From Candidatus Saccharimonadota bacterium (GTDB lineage: Bacteria > Pseudomonadota > Gammaproteobacteria > Burkholderiales > Burkholderiaceae), in assembly GCF_016593155.1 (NCBI RefSeq), contig NZ_AP023215.1, forward strand, positions 390,001 to 422,000: 32,000 nt of DNA. The letters run 5' to 3'. A program made the translations under genes and the position numbers. Positions within the stretch are counted from its first letter, which is position 1, and every line of letters begins with the position of its first letter. The notes below the pieces were generated by a model. It searched no databases, had not been told where the DNA came from, and saw only the letters and a list, made by a program, of their open reading frames with translations. Positions 13,597 through 23,887 of this stretch are shown in pieces.

Positions 13597-14709
13597 TTAA
13601 ATACGCATTGGCATCAAGGTATATTGAAAATTATTGTCTTCTGGTATAGAAATTAATACAGATGATTGAGAATCCATCAATGAAATTTTAATATTTTCAT
13701 TTTTTAAATTATTAAGAATATCAATTAAATAACCAATATTTAAACCAACATCCATATCTTTTCCATTATAATTTATTTTTAATTCTTCAGAAGCTTTTTC
13801 TTGATTAGAGCTACTTACAGTTATTTTTAAATAATTATGTTTAATCATTAAACGAACACCTTTAAGTTTATCATTGCTTATTATGGAAATTCGTTGTAAT
13901 GATCGTAATAATTTATCCCTATTTACTAAAAAACTTTTTTTATATTTATTGTTAGTAATATATGTATAATCCAAAAATTTTCCATTAATTAATTTTGAGA
14001 TAATTTCAATATTAGAAAATATAATTTTAATTTGATTATTTGAAATTTTTAATTTAACAGGATTTTCTTTATTTTCTAATAAACGTTGTAGTGTAAATAC
14101 AGTTTTTCTTGGAATAATAATATCAGAACGTGATAAAAAATTTTTATCTATATTAACTTGATAATATGTTAGACGATGACCATCACTTGAAACCGCGATA
14201 ATATTTTTTTTTTGAATAGATAATAATAAACCATTTAAATAATATCGAATATCTTGTTGTGCTATTGAGAAATAAACCATATTTAGAATACATTTAAGTG
14301 TTTTCTGGGATAATATAAATTCAAAATCATATTGATTATTTAATGTCATAATTGGGTATTCTTTGGCATCAAGTGTTTGTAGTATGAATTTTGATTTCCC
14401 GGATTTAATAAACATGTGTTTATTTTCTATATAAATAGTTACTTTTTCATTTTCTGGTAATGAGCGTAAAATATCAATAAATTTACGAGCTGCTACCGTA
14501 ATATTAATAACGCTATTTCCATAACCAGATGTAGTATATGTAGTTATCTGTACTTCTGTATTAGTGGATAAAAAAGATATTTTTTCATTATTTTTACAAA
14601 CTAAAATATTAGATAATATTGGTAGTATATTTTTTTTTTCTACAATGCTAATTACCATTTGCAATGGATGTAAAATTGCATTTTTTTCAGTATTTACCAC
14701 TAATTGCAT
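13597..14709 (-). CDS. dnaN: DNA polymerase III beta sliding clamp
   Basis: 370-aa ORF (MQLVVNTEKNAILHPLQ… …LMPMRI), immediately upstream of gyrB as in the conserved dnaN-gyrB pair. Confidence 0.95.
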   Translation of the reverse strand: MQLVVNTEKNAILHPLQMVISIVEKKNILPILSNILVCKNNEKISFLSTNTEVQITTYTTSGYGNSVINITVAARKFIDILRSLPENEKVTIYIENKHMFIKSGKSKFILQTLDAKEYPIMTLNNQYDFEFILSQKTLKCILNMVYFSIAQQDIRYYLNGLLLSIQKKNIIAVSSDGHRLTYYQVNIDKNFLSRSDIIIPRKTVFTLQRLLENKENPVKLKISNNQIKIIFSNIEIISKLINGKFLDYTYITNNKYKKSFLVNRDKLLRSLQRISIISNDKLKGVRLMIKHNYLKITVSSSNQEKASEELKINYNGKDMDVGLNIGYLIDILNNLKNENIKISLMDSQSSVLISIPEDNNFQYTLMPMRI

Positions 14710-14827
14710 TACATTAATTTCCTTATTTTTATTTATTGTAAATTTATTGTATTGAGTAAAAATATTTATTTAATAAATTTTTAATTAAAAAATGATTTTG
14801 ATTTGATTTTTAAGTTTTTTCAATAAT

Positions 14828-14909
14828 TACCGGGAGCCGGAATTGAACCGGCACACTTTTCAGTGCGAGATTTTGAGTCTCGTGCGTCTACCAATTTCGC
14901 CATCCCGGT
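14828..14909 (-). tRNA. tRNA-Leu (anticodon CAA)
   Basis: The reverse complement folds as a class II tRNA. The acceptor is ACCGGGA/TCCCGGT, the D arm is GCGAAATTGGTAGACGC, and the anticodon stem CGAGA/TCTCG carries loop CTCAAAA. It has a long variable arm (CACTGAAAAGTGT), T arm GCCGG-TTCAATT-CCGGC and discriminator A. No CCA is encoded. Confidence 0.93.
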
Positions 14910-15061
14910 TATATTATAAACTTTTTATTGTATTATTTTTCAAGGTTAATTGCAAATGACAATATAAATAAAATATTAAGTAAATTTTGTATAAATAAAA
15001 TTTTTATTTTATGATAAATAATATAACTTTTATGCTTAATTTAATATTTAATTTACAAATT

Positions 15062-17695
15062 ATGAAATCAATTAAGATCTGTAATAAATTTCTAAATTTT
15101 TTTAAATCAAAAGGACATACTATTGTTCCTTCTTCCAGTTTAATTCCTGATAATGATTCATCATTATTATTCACAAATTCTGGTATGGTGCAATTTAAAG
15201 ATGTATTTCTTGGAATAGAAAAACGTAATTATTTACGTGCTACTTCAGTACAACGTTGTCTTCGCGCCGGGGGTAAGCATAATGATTTAGAAAATGTGGG
15301 ATATACGAATTATCATCATACATTTTTTCAAATGTTAGGTAATTGGTCATTTGGAGATTATTTTAAATATGAATCTCTTCAATGGGCCTGGGAGTTATTA
15401 ACTCAAATTTATGGTTTATCAATTGAAAAATTATGGATTACAGTATATATAACAGACGATGAAACATATAATATATGGACCAATAAAATTGGCGTACTAA
15501 AAGAACGCGTAATACGTATTGGAGATAAAAAAAATTCACCATTATATACATCTGATAATTTTTGGCAAATGTCTGATAATGGACCATGTGGTCCTTGTTC
15601 TGAAATATTTTACGATTGTGGTCCTGAATTCCATGGAAATCCACCAGGAAATAAAGAAAATTTTGGTGATCGTTATATTGAAATATGGAATAATGTATTT
15701 ATGCAATTTAACCGAGAAATTAATCCAAAAACTGGATCTATTAAGTTAACACCATTACCAAAGTATTGTGTTGATACTGGAATGGGTTTAGAGCGCTTAG
15801 CCTCTATATTACAAAATGTTCATAATAATTATGAGACTGATTTATTTAAAACATTAATTAAAGCTGCTGCACGTGAAACTAATTGTAATAATTTAAAAAA
15901 TAATTCTTTGAAGGTTATTGCGGATCATATTAGAGCCTGTGTTTTTTTAATTATTGATGGTGTTTTTCCAGGAAATGATGGAAGAAGTTATGTATTAAGA
16001 AGAATTATTCGCCGAGCTATTCGTCATGGTTATAAATTAGGTCAAAATTCAATATTTTTTTATAAATTAGTTAAAGATTTAATTTTTAAGACATATATAG
16101 TTTATCCAGAATTAAAGATATCCATAATTAAAATAGAAGAAATTCTTAGAAAAGAAGAAGAACGTTTCAGAAGAACTTTAAAATATGGTATAAAAATATT
16201 AGAAGGTATATTATTAAAAAAACCAAATAAATTAGATGGAAAAATTGCATTTATGCTTTACGATACTTATGGTTTTCCAATAGATTTAACTATTGATATT
16301 TGTAAAGAATATAATGTTTATTTAGATAAAAATGATTTTATACTTAACATGGAAAAACAACGTAGTAGCGCACGTTTAAGTAGTAAATTTAAAGATATTA
16401 GATTAAATGATTATTATATTCTTGATCAAAAAACTAAATTTGTTGGTTATAAATTAGAAACCTGTACATCTAAAATAATAGGATTATATATTGACACTGA
16501 TTTAGTACAAACAATAAATATTAATCAAGAAGCTTTAGTTATATTAGATAGCACTCCATTTTATGCTGAATCTGGTGGACAAGCTGGGGATATAGGAACA
16601 ATAAAAAATGATTTCGCATTATTTGTAGTTAATAACACGAAAAAAATAAAAAAAAATATTATTTGTCATTATGGTATTTTAAAATACGGAGTATTAAATA
16701 TTAATAATAATGTTGTGGCATCGATCGATATATCTTATCGTAAAAAAATTACTAGAAATCATTCAGCTACACATTTATTAAATAGAGCTTTACGTGAAGT
16801 TTTCGGGGAAGATATAATACAAAAAGGTTCATTTATAAATTCCAAGAAAATTCGTTTTGATTTTAATTGCAATACACCAATACATTATCAAAATATTCAA
16901 AAAATTGAAAAAATTGTAAATAAAGAAATTTTAGAAAATACTTCTACAGAAATTAAATTAATGTCATTTAATAATGCAATTAATTTTGGGGCAATAAGAT
17001 TATTTAATAAAAAATATGGTAAAAAAGTAAGAGTTGTATCAATTGGAAGATCTATTGAATTATGCGGAGGAACGCATGTTAAATATACAGGAGATATTGG
17101 ATTATTTAAAATAGTTTCAGAAAATGGAGTTTCTTCTGGAATTAGACGCATTGAAGCAGTAACTGGTGATAGAGCATTATTAATAATGCAAAAATTAAGT
17201 AATATTTTTCATGAAATTACTATTGAATTAAAATTACCCCCAGAAGAACTAAAAAAATATATCATCGATATGAAAAATAATATTAAATTATTTGAAAGCG
17301 AATTATACAATTTTAGATTTCAGTTTATGTTAAATAAAATTAAAAATTTATTACCTAATGTAATTAATATTAATGGTATTAAAGTATTAATATCCACATT
17401 AGATAATGTTGATAATTTACCTATACATAAAATAGTACATGAGTTAAAAAATAAATTAAAATATACTATATTTTTTTTTGTTACTATTAAAGAAAAAAAA
17501 ATTAATTTATTTGCTAGCGTTACTTCGGATTTAGTTAATAAAATAAAGGCTAATGAATTAATTAATTTTATTATAAAACAAATTGGGGGGAAAGGAGGGG
17601 GTAATTCAAATACAGCTCAAGGGATAGGAAATAAAAATAAAAATTTTAAATATATTACAAAAAATGTAATAAATTGGATAAAAAAAACAATTTAA
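15062..17695 (+). CDS. alaS: Alanine--tRNA ligase
   Basis: Motifs are FTNSGMVQFKDVFLG, HHTFFQMLGNWSFGDYFK, the editing-domain HSATHLL and CGGTHV, and a C-terminal GGKGGG. The track ORF starts at 15011. Alignment to the usual AlaS N-terminus (MKSIKICNKFLNFFKSKGH) favours the ATG at 15062, giving 877 aa. Confidence 0.94.
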   Translation: MKSIKICNKFLNFFKSKGHTIVPSSSLIPDNDSSLLFTNSGMVQFKDVFLGIEKRNYLRATSVQRCLRAGGKHNDLENVGYTNYHHTFFQMLGNWSFGDYFKYESLQWAWELLTQIYGLSIEKLWITVYITDDETYNIWTNKIGVLKERVIRIGDKKNSPLYTSDNFWQMSDNGPCGPCSEIFYDCGPEFHGNPPGNKENFGDRYIEIWNNVFMQFNREINPKTGSIKLTPLPKYCVDTGMGLERLASILQNVHNNYETDLFKTLIKAAARETNCNNLKNNSLKVIADHIRACVFLIIDGVFPGNDGRSYVLRRIIRRAIRHGYKLGQNSIFFYKLVKDLIFKTYIVYPELKISIIKIEEILRKEEERFRRTLKYGIKILEGILLKKPNKLDGKIAFMLYDTYGFPIDLTIDICKEYNVYLDKNDFILNMEKQRSSARLSSKFKDIRLNDYYILDQKTKFVGYKLETCTSKIIGLYIDTDLVQTININQEALVILDSTPFYAESGGQAGDIGTIKNDFALFVVNNTKKIKKNIICHYGILKYGVLNINNNVVASIDISYRKKITRNHSATHLLNRALREVFGEDIIQKGSFINSKKIRFDFNCNTPIHYQNIQKIEKIVNKEILENTSTEIKLMSFNNAINFGAIRLFNKKYGKKVRVVSIGRSIELCGGTHVKYTGDIGLFKIVSENGVSSGIRRIEAVTGDRALLIMQKLSNIFHEITIELKLPPEELKKYIIDMKNNIKLFESELYNFRFQFMLNKIKNLLPNVININGIKVLISTLDNVDNLPIHKIVHELKNKLKYTIFFFVTIKEKKINLFASVTSDLVNKIKANELINFIIKQIGGKGGGNSNTAQGIGNKNKNFKYITKNVINWIKKTI

Positions 17696-17800
17696 ATATA
17701 TATAATAATAAAAATAAAAAGTAATTTCATAAAAAATATTTATAGAAATAAATTCTATTTTATATTAAGAAATAACTAAATTATCTTATATAATAATACA

Positions 17801-18120
17801 GAAGCAAGCTAGACAGTCGCTGGTTATTTGAATAAAAATCATAACGAGAGGAAGGTCCGGACTCCACAGAGCAAGATGGCGGCTAACAGCCGTCCGCCGA
17901 AAAACATAAGGCGAGGAATAGGACCACAGAGACGAGCGTATTTAAATTACGGTGAAACGCGGTAACCTCCATCTGGAGCAATTCCAAATAGTATGCATTG
18001 ATGTTGCTCGCGGAGCGTACGGGTAGGGAGCTTGAGTGTTAAAGTAATTTAACATCTAGAAGAATGACTGTCATAACAAAAATTGTTAAAACAAAATCCG
18101 GCCTATAAGCTTGCTTCATT
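17801..18120 (+). ncRNA. rnpB: RNase P RNA (bacterial type A), size-reduced
   Basis: GAAGCAAGCTAGACAGTCGC…GAGGAAGGTCCGGACTCCACAGAGCAAG…ACAGAGACGAGC…GGTAACCTCCATCTGGAGCAATTCCAAATAG…GGGTAGGGAGCTTGAG…CTAGAAGAATGACTGTCAT…AATCCGGCCTATAAGCTTGCTTC tracks the universally conserved blocks of E. coli M1 RNA. P1 pairs GAAGCAAGCT with AGCTTGCTTC. TATAAT at 17789-17794 lies 6 nt before the 5' end. It is a G+C island in an AT-rich spacer. Confidence 0.9.
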
Positions 18121-18133
18121 TTGAAAACTGAAA

Positions 18134-19150
18134 TTAATAAAAAAGCTCAATATAAGTTATTAATATATCTTTTATTAAAAGATTTGATGAAAATGAATTA
18201 TTTATAATTAATCGTTTTTCATTAAATTTTTTTAAAACATATAACAGTCTATATTGATCAGTTTTTTTAGCTAATTGATTTAATTTATTTTTATAATGAG
18301 GGTAATAACGATTAATATTAGTTATTTTTAATAAAAATAAATCATATATCCATCGTTGAATCAATTCAAAAATTATAAGAATAGGTATTTTTTGTAGTTT
18401 TTCGGAAATATTTAATGCGTATTCTATATCTGATTTTATCAAAAATTCTTTTAATTTATTAAGTAATAAATCATATTTTTTGTTTTTTGTATTATTAAAT
18501 ACTATTAATGGTCCTCCGCCTTGTTCAGATAATAAAATATCAGGATTAGAAATATTTTTTTGCTTAAGCCATTCTAATGATTCATTTTTATTAGGTGATT
18601 TTAATATAAATTTATAGCATCTAGATAAAATAGTCTTTAATAGGTTATCAATTTTATTACATAAAAGAATAAAAAAACTATTCAAAGGAGGTTCTTCTAA
18701 CATTTTTAATAATGCATTAGCTGCATTATGATTCAATGTATCTGCCGGGTATAATAAAACAATACGTATTTTAGAATAATGACTAGAAGTATTTATAAAA
18801 TTTGCTAATTCTCTAATTTGATCAATTTTAATTTCCTTAGAGTGATTATTTAAATTTTTATTTTTTTTATCATTATCTAATAATGATTGTTCAAATATTT
18901 CTGGATGTACATACCTGAAATCTGGGTGATTTTTTTTTAAAAACCAGATGCAAGAATTACATTTTTCGCAAATATAATTATTTTTATCAAAATTTTCACA
19001 TAATAATGATTGTATAAAAATATCTATTAAATATTTTTTTCCAATTCCTTTTGCCCCATAAAATAATATAGCATGAGGTAAGGATAATCTTAATTTTTGT
19101 AATTTTTCCCAACTATCATATTGCCAAGGATAAAGTGCGTTATTTGTCAT
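18134..19150 (-). CDS. holB: DNA polymerase III delta-prime subunit
   Basis: 338-aa ORF with degenerate P-loop GAKGIGK, zinc module CEKCNSCIWF…HPDF and SRC motif. Its ATG overlaps the tmk stop (TAATG at 19152-19148), matching the conserved tmk-holB pair. Confidence 0.85.
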   Translation of the reverse strand: MTNNALYPWQYDSWEKLQKLRLSLPHAILFYGAKGIGKKYLIDIFIQSLLCENFDKNNYICEKCNSCIWFLKKNHPDFRYVHPEIFEQSLLDNDKKNKNLNNHSKEIKIDQIRELANFINTSSHYSKIRIVLLYPADTLNHNAANALLKMLEEPPLNSFFILLCNKIDNLLKTILSRCYKFILKSPNKNESLEWLKQKNISNPDILLSEQGGGPLIVFNNTKNKKYDLLLNKLKEFLIKSDIEYALNISEKLQKIPILIIFELIQRWIYDLFLLKITNINRYYPHYKNKLNQLAKKTDQYRLLYVLKKFNEKRLIINNSFSSNLLIKDILITYIELFY

Positions 19151-19797
19151 TATATATTATTCTTATGAAGAAAAGATAATAAAAATTTTTTCAATTGATT
19201 TTCAATTTTTATAATAGATTCATTTGAGTTAATTATTCTAAAACGTATAGGAAATTTTTTTGCGAGACGTAAATATTCTGTTCGCACAGAATTAAAAAAA
19301 TCATTTTTTTTTACCTCAAATTTATCTAAAGATTTTGTTATACTTAACCTTTTTTTTGCTATCTCTAAAGGCAAATCAAATAATAATGTTAAATCTGGCT
19401 TTATATCTGGATGAACCCATTTTTCTAGTATTTTAATTTTATTTCGTAAAATTTTACGCCCTCCTCCTTGATACGCAAAACTTGAATCAGTAAAACGATC
19501 CGAAATAACACATATGCCTTTTTTTAATGCCGGTTTAATTACCTTTGCGATATGCTCACGTCTTGCGGCAAACATTAACAATGTCTCTGTTTCCGGATGC
19601 ATTGGTTTATGTAATAATAAATTACGTAATATCTCTCCCAAGGGAGTTCCCCCAGGTTCTCTTGTAAAAATTACATTTATATTAAATGTTTTTAATAATT
19701 TTATAATATATTTGATATGTGTCGATTTTCCTGATCCATCAATGCCTTCAAAAGTAATAAATTTAGAAAAAAATTGGTAATTATATTTAATCTTCAT
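19150..19797 (-). CDS. tmk: Thymidylate kinase
   Basis: 215-aa ORF with P-loop [12 protein letters not shown], the DRF motif and the lid region. Confidence 0.93.
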   Translation of the reverse strand: MKIKYNYQFFSKFITFEGIDGSGKSTHIKYIIKLLKTFNINVIFTREPGGTPLGEILRNLLLHKPMHPETETLLMFAARREHIAKVIKPALKKGICVISDRFTDSSFAYQGGGRKILRNKIKILEKWVHPDIKPDLTLLFDLPLEIAKKRLSITKSLDKFEVKKNDFFNSVRTEYLRLAKKFPIRFRIINSNESIIKIENQLKKFLLSFLHKNNI

Positions 19798-19996
19798 TTT
19801 TTTATAAAATTTTAGAAATATTTTTTAATTTCTTTAAAAATTTATTAAATAAAAAATTAGTTCCAATATTTTTTATTTAATAAATTTAAATTTTTAAATA
19901 GATTATACTGTATAAAATTTTTTAATAAAATAGAAATTAATAAATTTGATAAAAAATTTTTTGTTATTAATAATTTTAAAAAGGTAAATTAAATTT

Positions 19997-21046
19997 ATGA
20001 AAAAAAATATATTCTTCAATAAAAATTGGATTTTTTTACAAAATCAACTATTTTCTATATGCATTAAAAATAATATTAAAAATTTTTTTGTTCCTTTAAC
20101 TAATTTGGGATTATTGGAGTTTAGTGGTCATGATGCTGCTTCTTTTTTACATAATCAGTTAACAAATAGCGTTAAGTATTTAAGTACTGAAAAAACACAA
20201 TTAGCTGGTTATTGTTCATCAAAAGGTAAGTTGTTAGTCACTATGATTCTTTGGAAAATTGATAATAAAATTATACTTTTATTTCCATATGAATTATTAT
20301 CATCATTTCAAAAAAAAATAAAAATTTTCATTTTACGTTCTAAGGTTAAATTCAAAGATATTACTCATAAACATCTTATATTTGGTTTAATTGGAAAAAA
20401 AATAGCATATTTTTTAAAAACTTGGTTTCCAAATTTACCTAAAAAACCTTATGATAAAATTGATAATGTATTTGGAACTTTAATACGAATAACTAATTTT
20501 AATGAAATTCCACGTTATCAATGGATAACAGCAAATAATATTATTGGTATTAAAATATGGGAAATATTAATTAAAAAATTTCCTGTAGCCAATACATTTG
20601 AATGGTCATTTTTTGATATCCAATCCGGAATACCTCAAATTACTTTAGAAACACAAGAAAAATTTATACCACAAATGATTAATTTTGAATTAATTGGTGG
20701 AATTGATTTTAAAAAGGGTTGTTATCCAGGTCAAGAGATTATTGCTCGTATGCAATATTTACGTAAAATAAAATATCGTATGATGTTAGCTGTAATTAAT
20801 TTTACTAATGAAAATAAAAATATTATTTTTTTTATTAAACCAGGTGTTAATATTTTTTCTGAAGAAAATTCAATAAAACCTTGTGGAAAAATTGTTAACA
20901 CTGTAAAAATAGAAGATAATAAAATTAATTGTCTTGTTAAGGTTAAACTTGATTATATACAAAATAAAAAAAAAATTTATATTAATTCAGTTCATAGACT
21001 ATTATTAGTATTTCAAAAATTACCATATTTTATAGTAAATATTTAG
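19997..21046 (+). CDS. ygfZ: YgfZ-type folate-binding protein (GcvT-like, Fe-S cluster repair / tRNA modification)
   Basis: 349-aa ORF with the C-terminal signature KKGCYPGQEIIARMQYLRKIKYRM characteristic of YgfZ/CAF17. Its TAG (21044-46) overlaps the map TAA (21045-43) on the opposite strand. Confidence 0.8.
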   Translation: MKKNIFFNKNWIFLQNQLFSICIKNNIKNFFVPLTNLGLLEFSGHDAASFLHNQLTNSVKYLSTEKTQLAGYCSSKGKLLVTMILWKIDNKIILLFPYELLSSFQKKIKIFILRSKVKFKDITHKHLIFGLIGKKIAYFLKTWFPNLPKKPYDKIDNVFGTLIRITNFNEIPRYQWITANNIIGIKIWEILIKKFPVANTFEWSFFDIQSGIPQITLETQEKFIPQMINFELIGGIDFKKGCYPGQEIIARMQYLRKIKYRMMLAVINFTNENKNIIFFIKPGVNIFSEENSIKPCGKIVNTVKIEDNKINCLVKVKLDYIQNKKKIYINSVHRLLLVFQKLPYFIVNI

Positions 21047-21852
21047 GTATTTATAATAAATTTAGGAGGAGAAGGCATATTGGGAGATATTGTTAAAACT
21101 TCAAAACCATTTTTAGTAACTAATATAGTATGTTCCCATTGCGCTGAAAGACTTCTGTCTTTAGTTCGAATGGTCCATCCATCACTCATTTCTTTTATTT
21201 CTCTTTTTCCTGCATTAATCATGGGTTCCACTGTAAATATCATTCCAGTTTTTAATTTTTCTAATGTTCCAGGAATACCATAATTCATAACCCTTGGTTC
21301 TTCGTGAAAATTTTTTCCAATTCCATGTCCACAAAATTCACGTACTACACTATATCCAGATTTTTCTGCGTGTTTTTGGATTGCATATCCTATGTCACCT
21401 AAATGTACTCCTGGTTTAATTTTTACAATCCCAATCCACATGCATTCAAAAGCAATATTACTTAAACGTTTTGCTTTTAATGATGGTTCTCCAACATAAA
21501 ACATTCGACTGGTATCGCCATAATAACCATTTTTAATAACAGTAATATCAATATTTAAAATATCCCCTTTTTTAAGAATTTTATTTCCAGGTATACCATG
21601 GCAAATTATATCATTAATAGAAGTACAAATTGATTTTGGAAATGGTATATGCCCTTTGGGACAATAATTTAGAGGAGCTGGTATAGTATATTGTATATTA
21701 ACCATATAATTGTGACAAATTTTATTAAGTTCTTCTGTGGTAATTCCTGGTTTAATAAAGGGAGTAATATAATCTAAGACTTCTGCGCTTAATTTTCCTG
21801 CTATACGCATTCCTTTGATATCATTATCATTTTTAATTGAGATTTTATGCAT
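21043..21852 (-). CDS. map: Methionine aminopeptidase, type I
   Basis: 269-aa ORF with ICHGIPG, FCGHGIGKNFHEEP and EHTILVT, which carry the metal ligands. Confidence 0.95.
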   Translation of the reverse strand: MHKISIKNDNDIKGMRIAGKLSAEVLDYITPFIKPGITTEELNKICHNYMVNIQYTIPAPLNYCPKGHIPFPKSICTSINDIICHGIPGNKILKKGDILNIDITVIKNGYYGDTSRMFYVGEPSLKAKRLSNIAFECMWIGIVKIKPGVHLGDIGYAIQKHAEKSGYSVVREFCGHGIGKNFHEEPRVMNYGIPGTLEKLKTGMIFTVEPMINAGKREIKEMSDGWTIRTKDRSLSAQWEHTILVTKNGFEVLTISPNMPSPPKFIINT

Positions 21853-21960
21853 ATTTAATATTTTAAATAGTAATTAAAATTTTTTAAAACTATTGTAATG
21901 TAAAAATTTAACATTTTAAAATTGTATTTTTATATCAAGTTAATATATTTTACATTTAAT

Positions 21961-22061
21961 AAAGTATATTTTTTATAGAATAAAGTATATTTTTTATAGA
22001 ATAAAGTATATTTTTTATAGAAAAAAGTATATTTTTTATAGAATAAAGTACATATTTTATC
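21961..22061. repeat. 21-bp tandem repeat, about 4.5 copies, in the divergent map/rpsB spacer
   Basis: The unit AAAGTATATTTTTTATAGAAT occurs at 21961, 21982, 22003 (last base T>A) and 22024. A degenerate fifth copy (AAAGTACATATTTTATC) starts at 22045. The core AAAGTATAT recurs at about 22075. Confidence 0.92.
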
Positions 22062-22259
22062 ATTTATTAAATTAAAGTATATATCTTCTTATATTAAAGA
22101 ATGTATCTTGTATAATAATTTATATAATATAATATACTTATAAGTTTAGAATTTATAAAGGTTTAATTATTTATAAAAAATAAATTCAATCTAACCTAGA
22201 ATGTAGCTTAGAATGATATCTAAAAATTTATCTAATATTAATTAAATTTAGAGGGCATT

Positions 22260-22961
22260 ATGTCTATTACAATGCGTCAAATGTTAGAGGCTGGTGTTCA
22301 TTTTGGGCATCAAACTCGTTTTTGGAACCCCAAAATGTCACCTTATATTTTTGGTCATCGTAATAAAATTCATATCATAAATCTTGAAAAAACTCTTTAT
22401 ATGTATGAAAAAGCTATAAAATATATTCATCAATTAGGATTTAGTCGAGGTACAATTTTATTTGTCGGAACAAAGCGTCAGGCTAAAGGTATTATAGCTA
22501 ATGAAGCAATACGAGCCGGTATGCCTTTTATTGATCAGCGTTGGCTTGGTGGCTTATTAACTAATTTTAAAACTATAAAAACATCAATTAAACGCTTAGA
22601 AGAAATGGATTTATTCATTACAAATGGTTCGATTAGAAAACTGAGTAAAAAAGAAGCGTTATTATTTTATAGAAAACAAATGAAATTAAATAGAGTTATT
22701 GGTGGTATTAAAAATATGAATATTATTCCAGATGCAATTTTTATAATTGATGTTGGTTATCATAAAGGAGCCGTTTCTGAGGCGTTAAAGCTTAATATCC
22801 CAATAATTGGCGTAGTTGATACTAATCATTCTCCAGATGGAATTAATTACGTTATTCCGGGAAATGATGATTCAGCAAAAGCAATTGCATTATATACTAA
22901 AGGAATTGTTGATGCTTTTTTGGATGGCGTTAATTCAATTAATAATGCAATAAATAAATAA
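22260..22961 (+). CDS. rpsB: 30S ribosomal protein S2
   Basis: 233-aa ORF ([26 protein letters not shown]…) with GAGGG 6 nt upstream. It is the first gene of the conserved rpsB-tsf-pyrH-frr block. Confidence 0.97.
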   Translation: MSITMRQMLEAGVHFGHQTRFWNPKMSPYIFGHRNKIHIINLEKTLYMYEKAIKYIHQLGFSRGTILFVGTKRQAKGIIANEAIRAGMPFIDQRWLGGLLTNFKTIKTSIKRLEEMDLFITNGSIRKLSKKEALLFYRKQMKLNRVIGGIKNMNIIPDAIFIIDVGYHKGAVSEALKLNIPIIGVVDTNHSPDGINYVIPGNDDSAKAIALYTKGIVDAFLDGVNSINNAINK

Positions 22962-23007
22962 TAGTTAAAGATTATTAAATAATTTTTTTAAATATGGAAA
23001 AAATATA

Positions 23008-23832
23008 ATGATAAAAATTTCAGCCAAAGCGGTTGGGGAGTTACGTTTTAAAACATTAGCTCCTATTATGGAATGTAAAAAAGCATTAATAGAGGCTAAT
23101 GGTAAATTATCTAAAGCTGAAGAAATATTGCGTATTAAATTAGGTAAAAAAATATTAAATATATCAAATAGAAATGCTAAAGAAGGAGTAATAGCAATTT
23201 ATATTTCTAAAAAAGTGGGCTCTTTAGTTGAAATTAATTGTGAAACTGATTTTGTGGCGAAAAATAATGAATTTATTAATTTTTCTAAAAAAATTGCTAA
23301 ATTAATTACAGAAAATTCGCCAATTAATTTAGATCAACTTAATAACTTAAAAATTAAAAATAATCTATTAACTATTGACGAAAAACGCAAAGAATTAATT
23401 AGTTGTATTGGTGAAAATATAAAAATACGTCGTTTTAAATTGTTTAAAACAAATAGTAATTTAATTTCTTATTTACATGAAAATAAAATTGGAGTTATTG
23501 TGGAATATGATGGCGATAATGAGGTAGCCGGAAAAGATGTTGCGATGCATATTGCGGCAATGAGGCCAATTGCATTATCTTCAGACAAAATACCTAAAAA
23601 AATAATTGAAAAAGAATATTCTCTTGCGGTATTAAAAGCGCAACAATTAGGAAAATCTATAAATTTAAATACTAGAATTATTGATAATTTTATGAAAAAA
23701 TTTTTTAAAGAAGTATCGTTATTAAATCAAATTTTTATTAAAAATAATCAACAAACTATTGAGAAAATGTTAAAATTTAATAAAATTACTATAAAATCTT
23801 TTTCAATATTTATTCTTGGGGAAGATATATAA
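23008..23832 (+). CDS. tsf: Elongation factor Ts
   Basis: 274-aa ORF with an N-terminal UBA-like motif (MECKKALIEANG) and CETDFVAKN. Confidence 0.93.
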   Translation: MIKISAKAVGELRFKTLAPIMECKKALIEANGKLSKAEEILRIKLGKKILNISNRNAKEGVIAIYISKKVGSLVEINCETDFVAKNNEFINFSKKIAKLITENSPINLDQLNNLKIKNNLLTIDEKRKELISCIGENIKIRRFKLFKTNSNLISYLHENKIGVIVEYDGDNEVAGKDVAMHIAAMRPIALSSDKIPKKIIEKEYSLAVLKAQQLGKSINLNTRIIDNFMKKFFKEVSLLNQIFIKNNQQTIEKMLKFNKITIKSFSIFILGEDI

Positions 23833-23887
23833 CTAATTTTGAAATTATTATTAAAATTTTATAATTATATTATTTAAAAATTTTTAT

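Noticed and set aside
15011-15061. A 17-codon extension at the 5' end of the alaS track ORF.
   Set aside because: AlaS family alignment begins at MKSIKICNKFLNFFKSKGH (ATG 15062), and the upstream codons are AT-rich filler. The same logic was applied to the TTG-initiated 5 extra codons of sspA (27302-27316).
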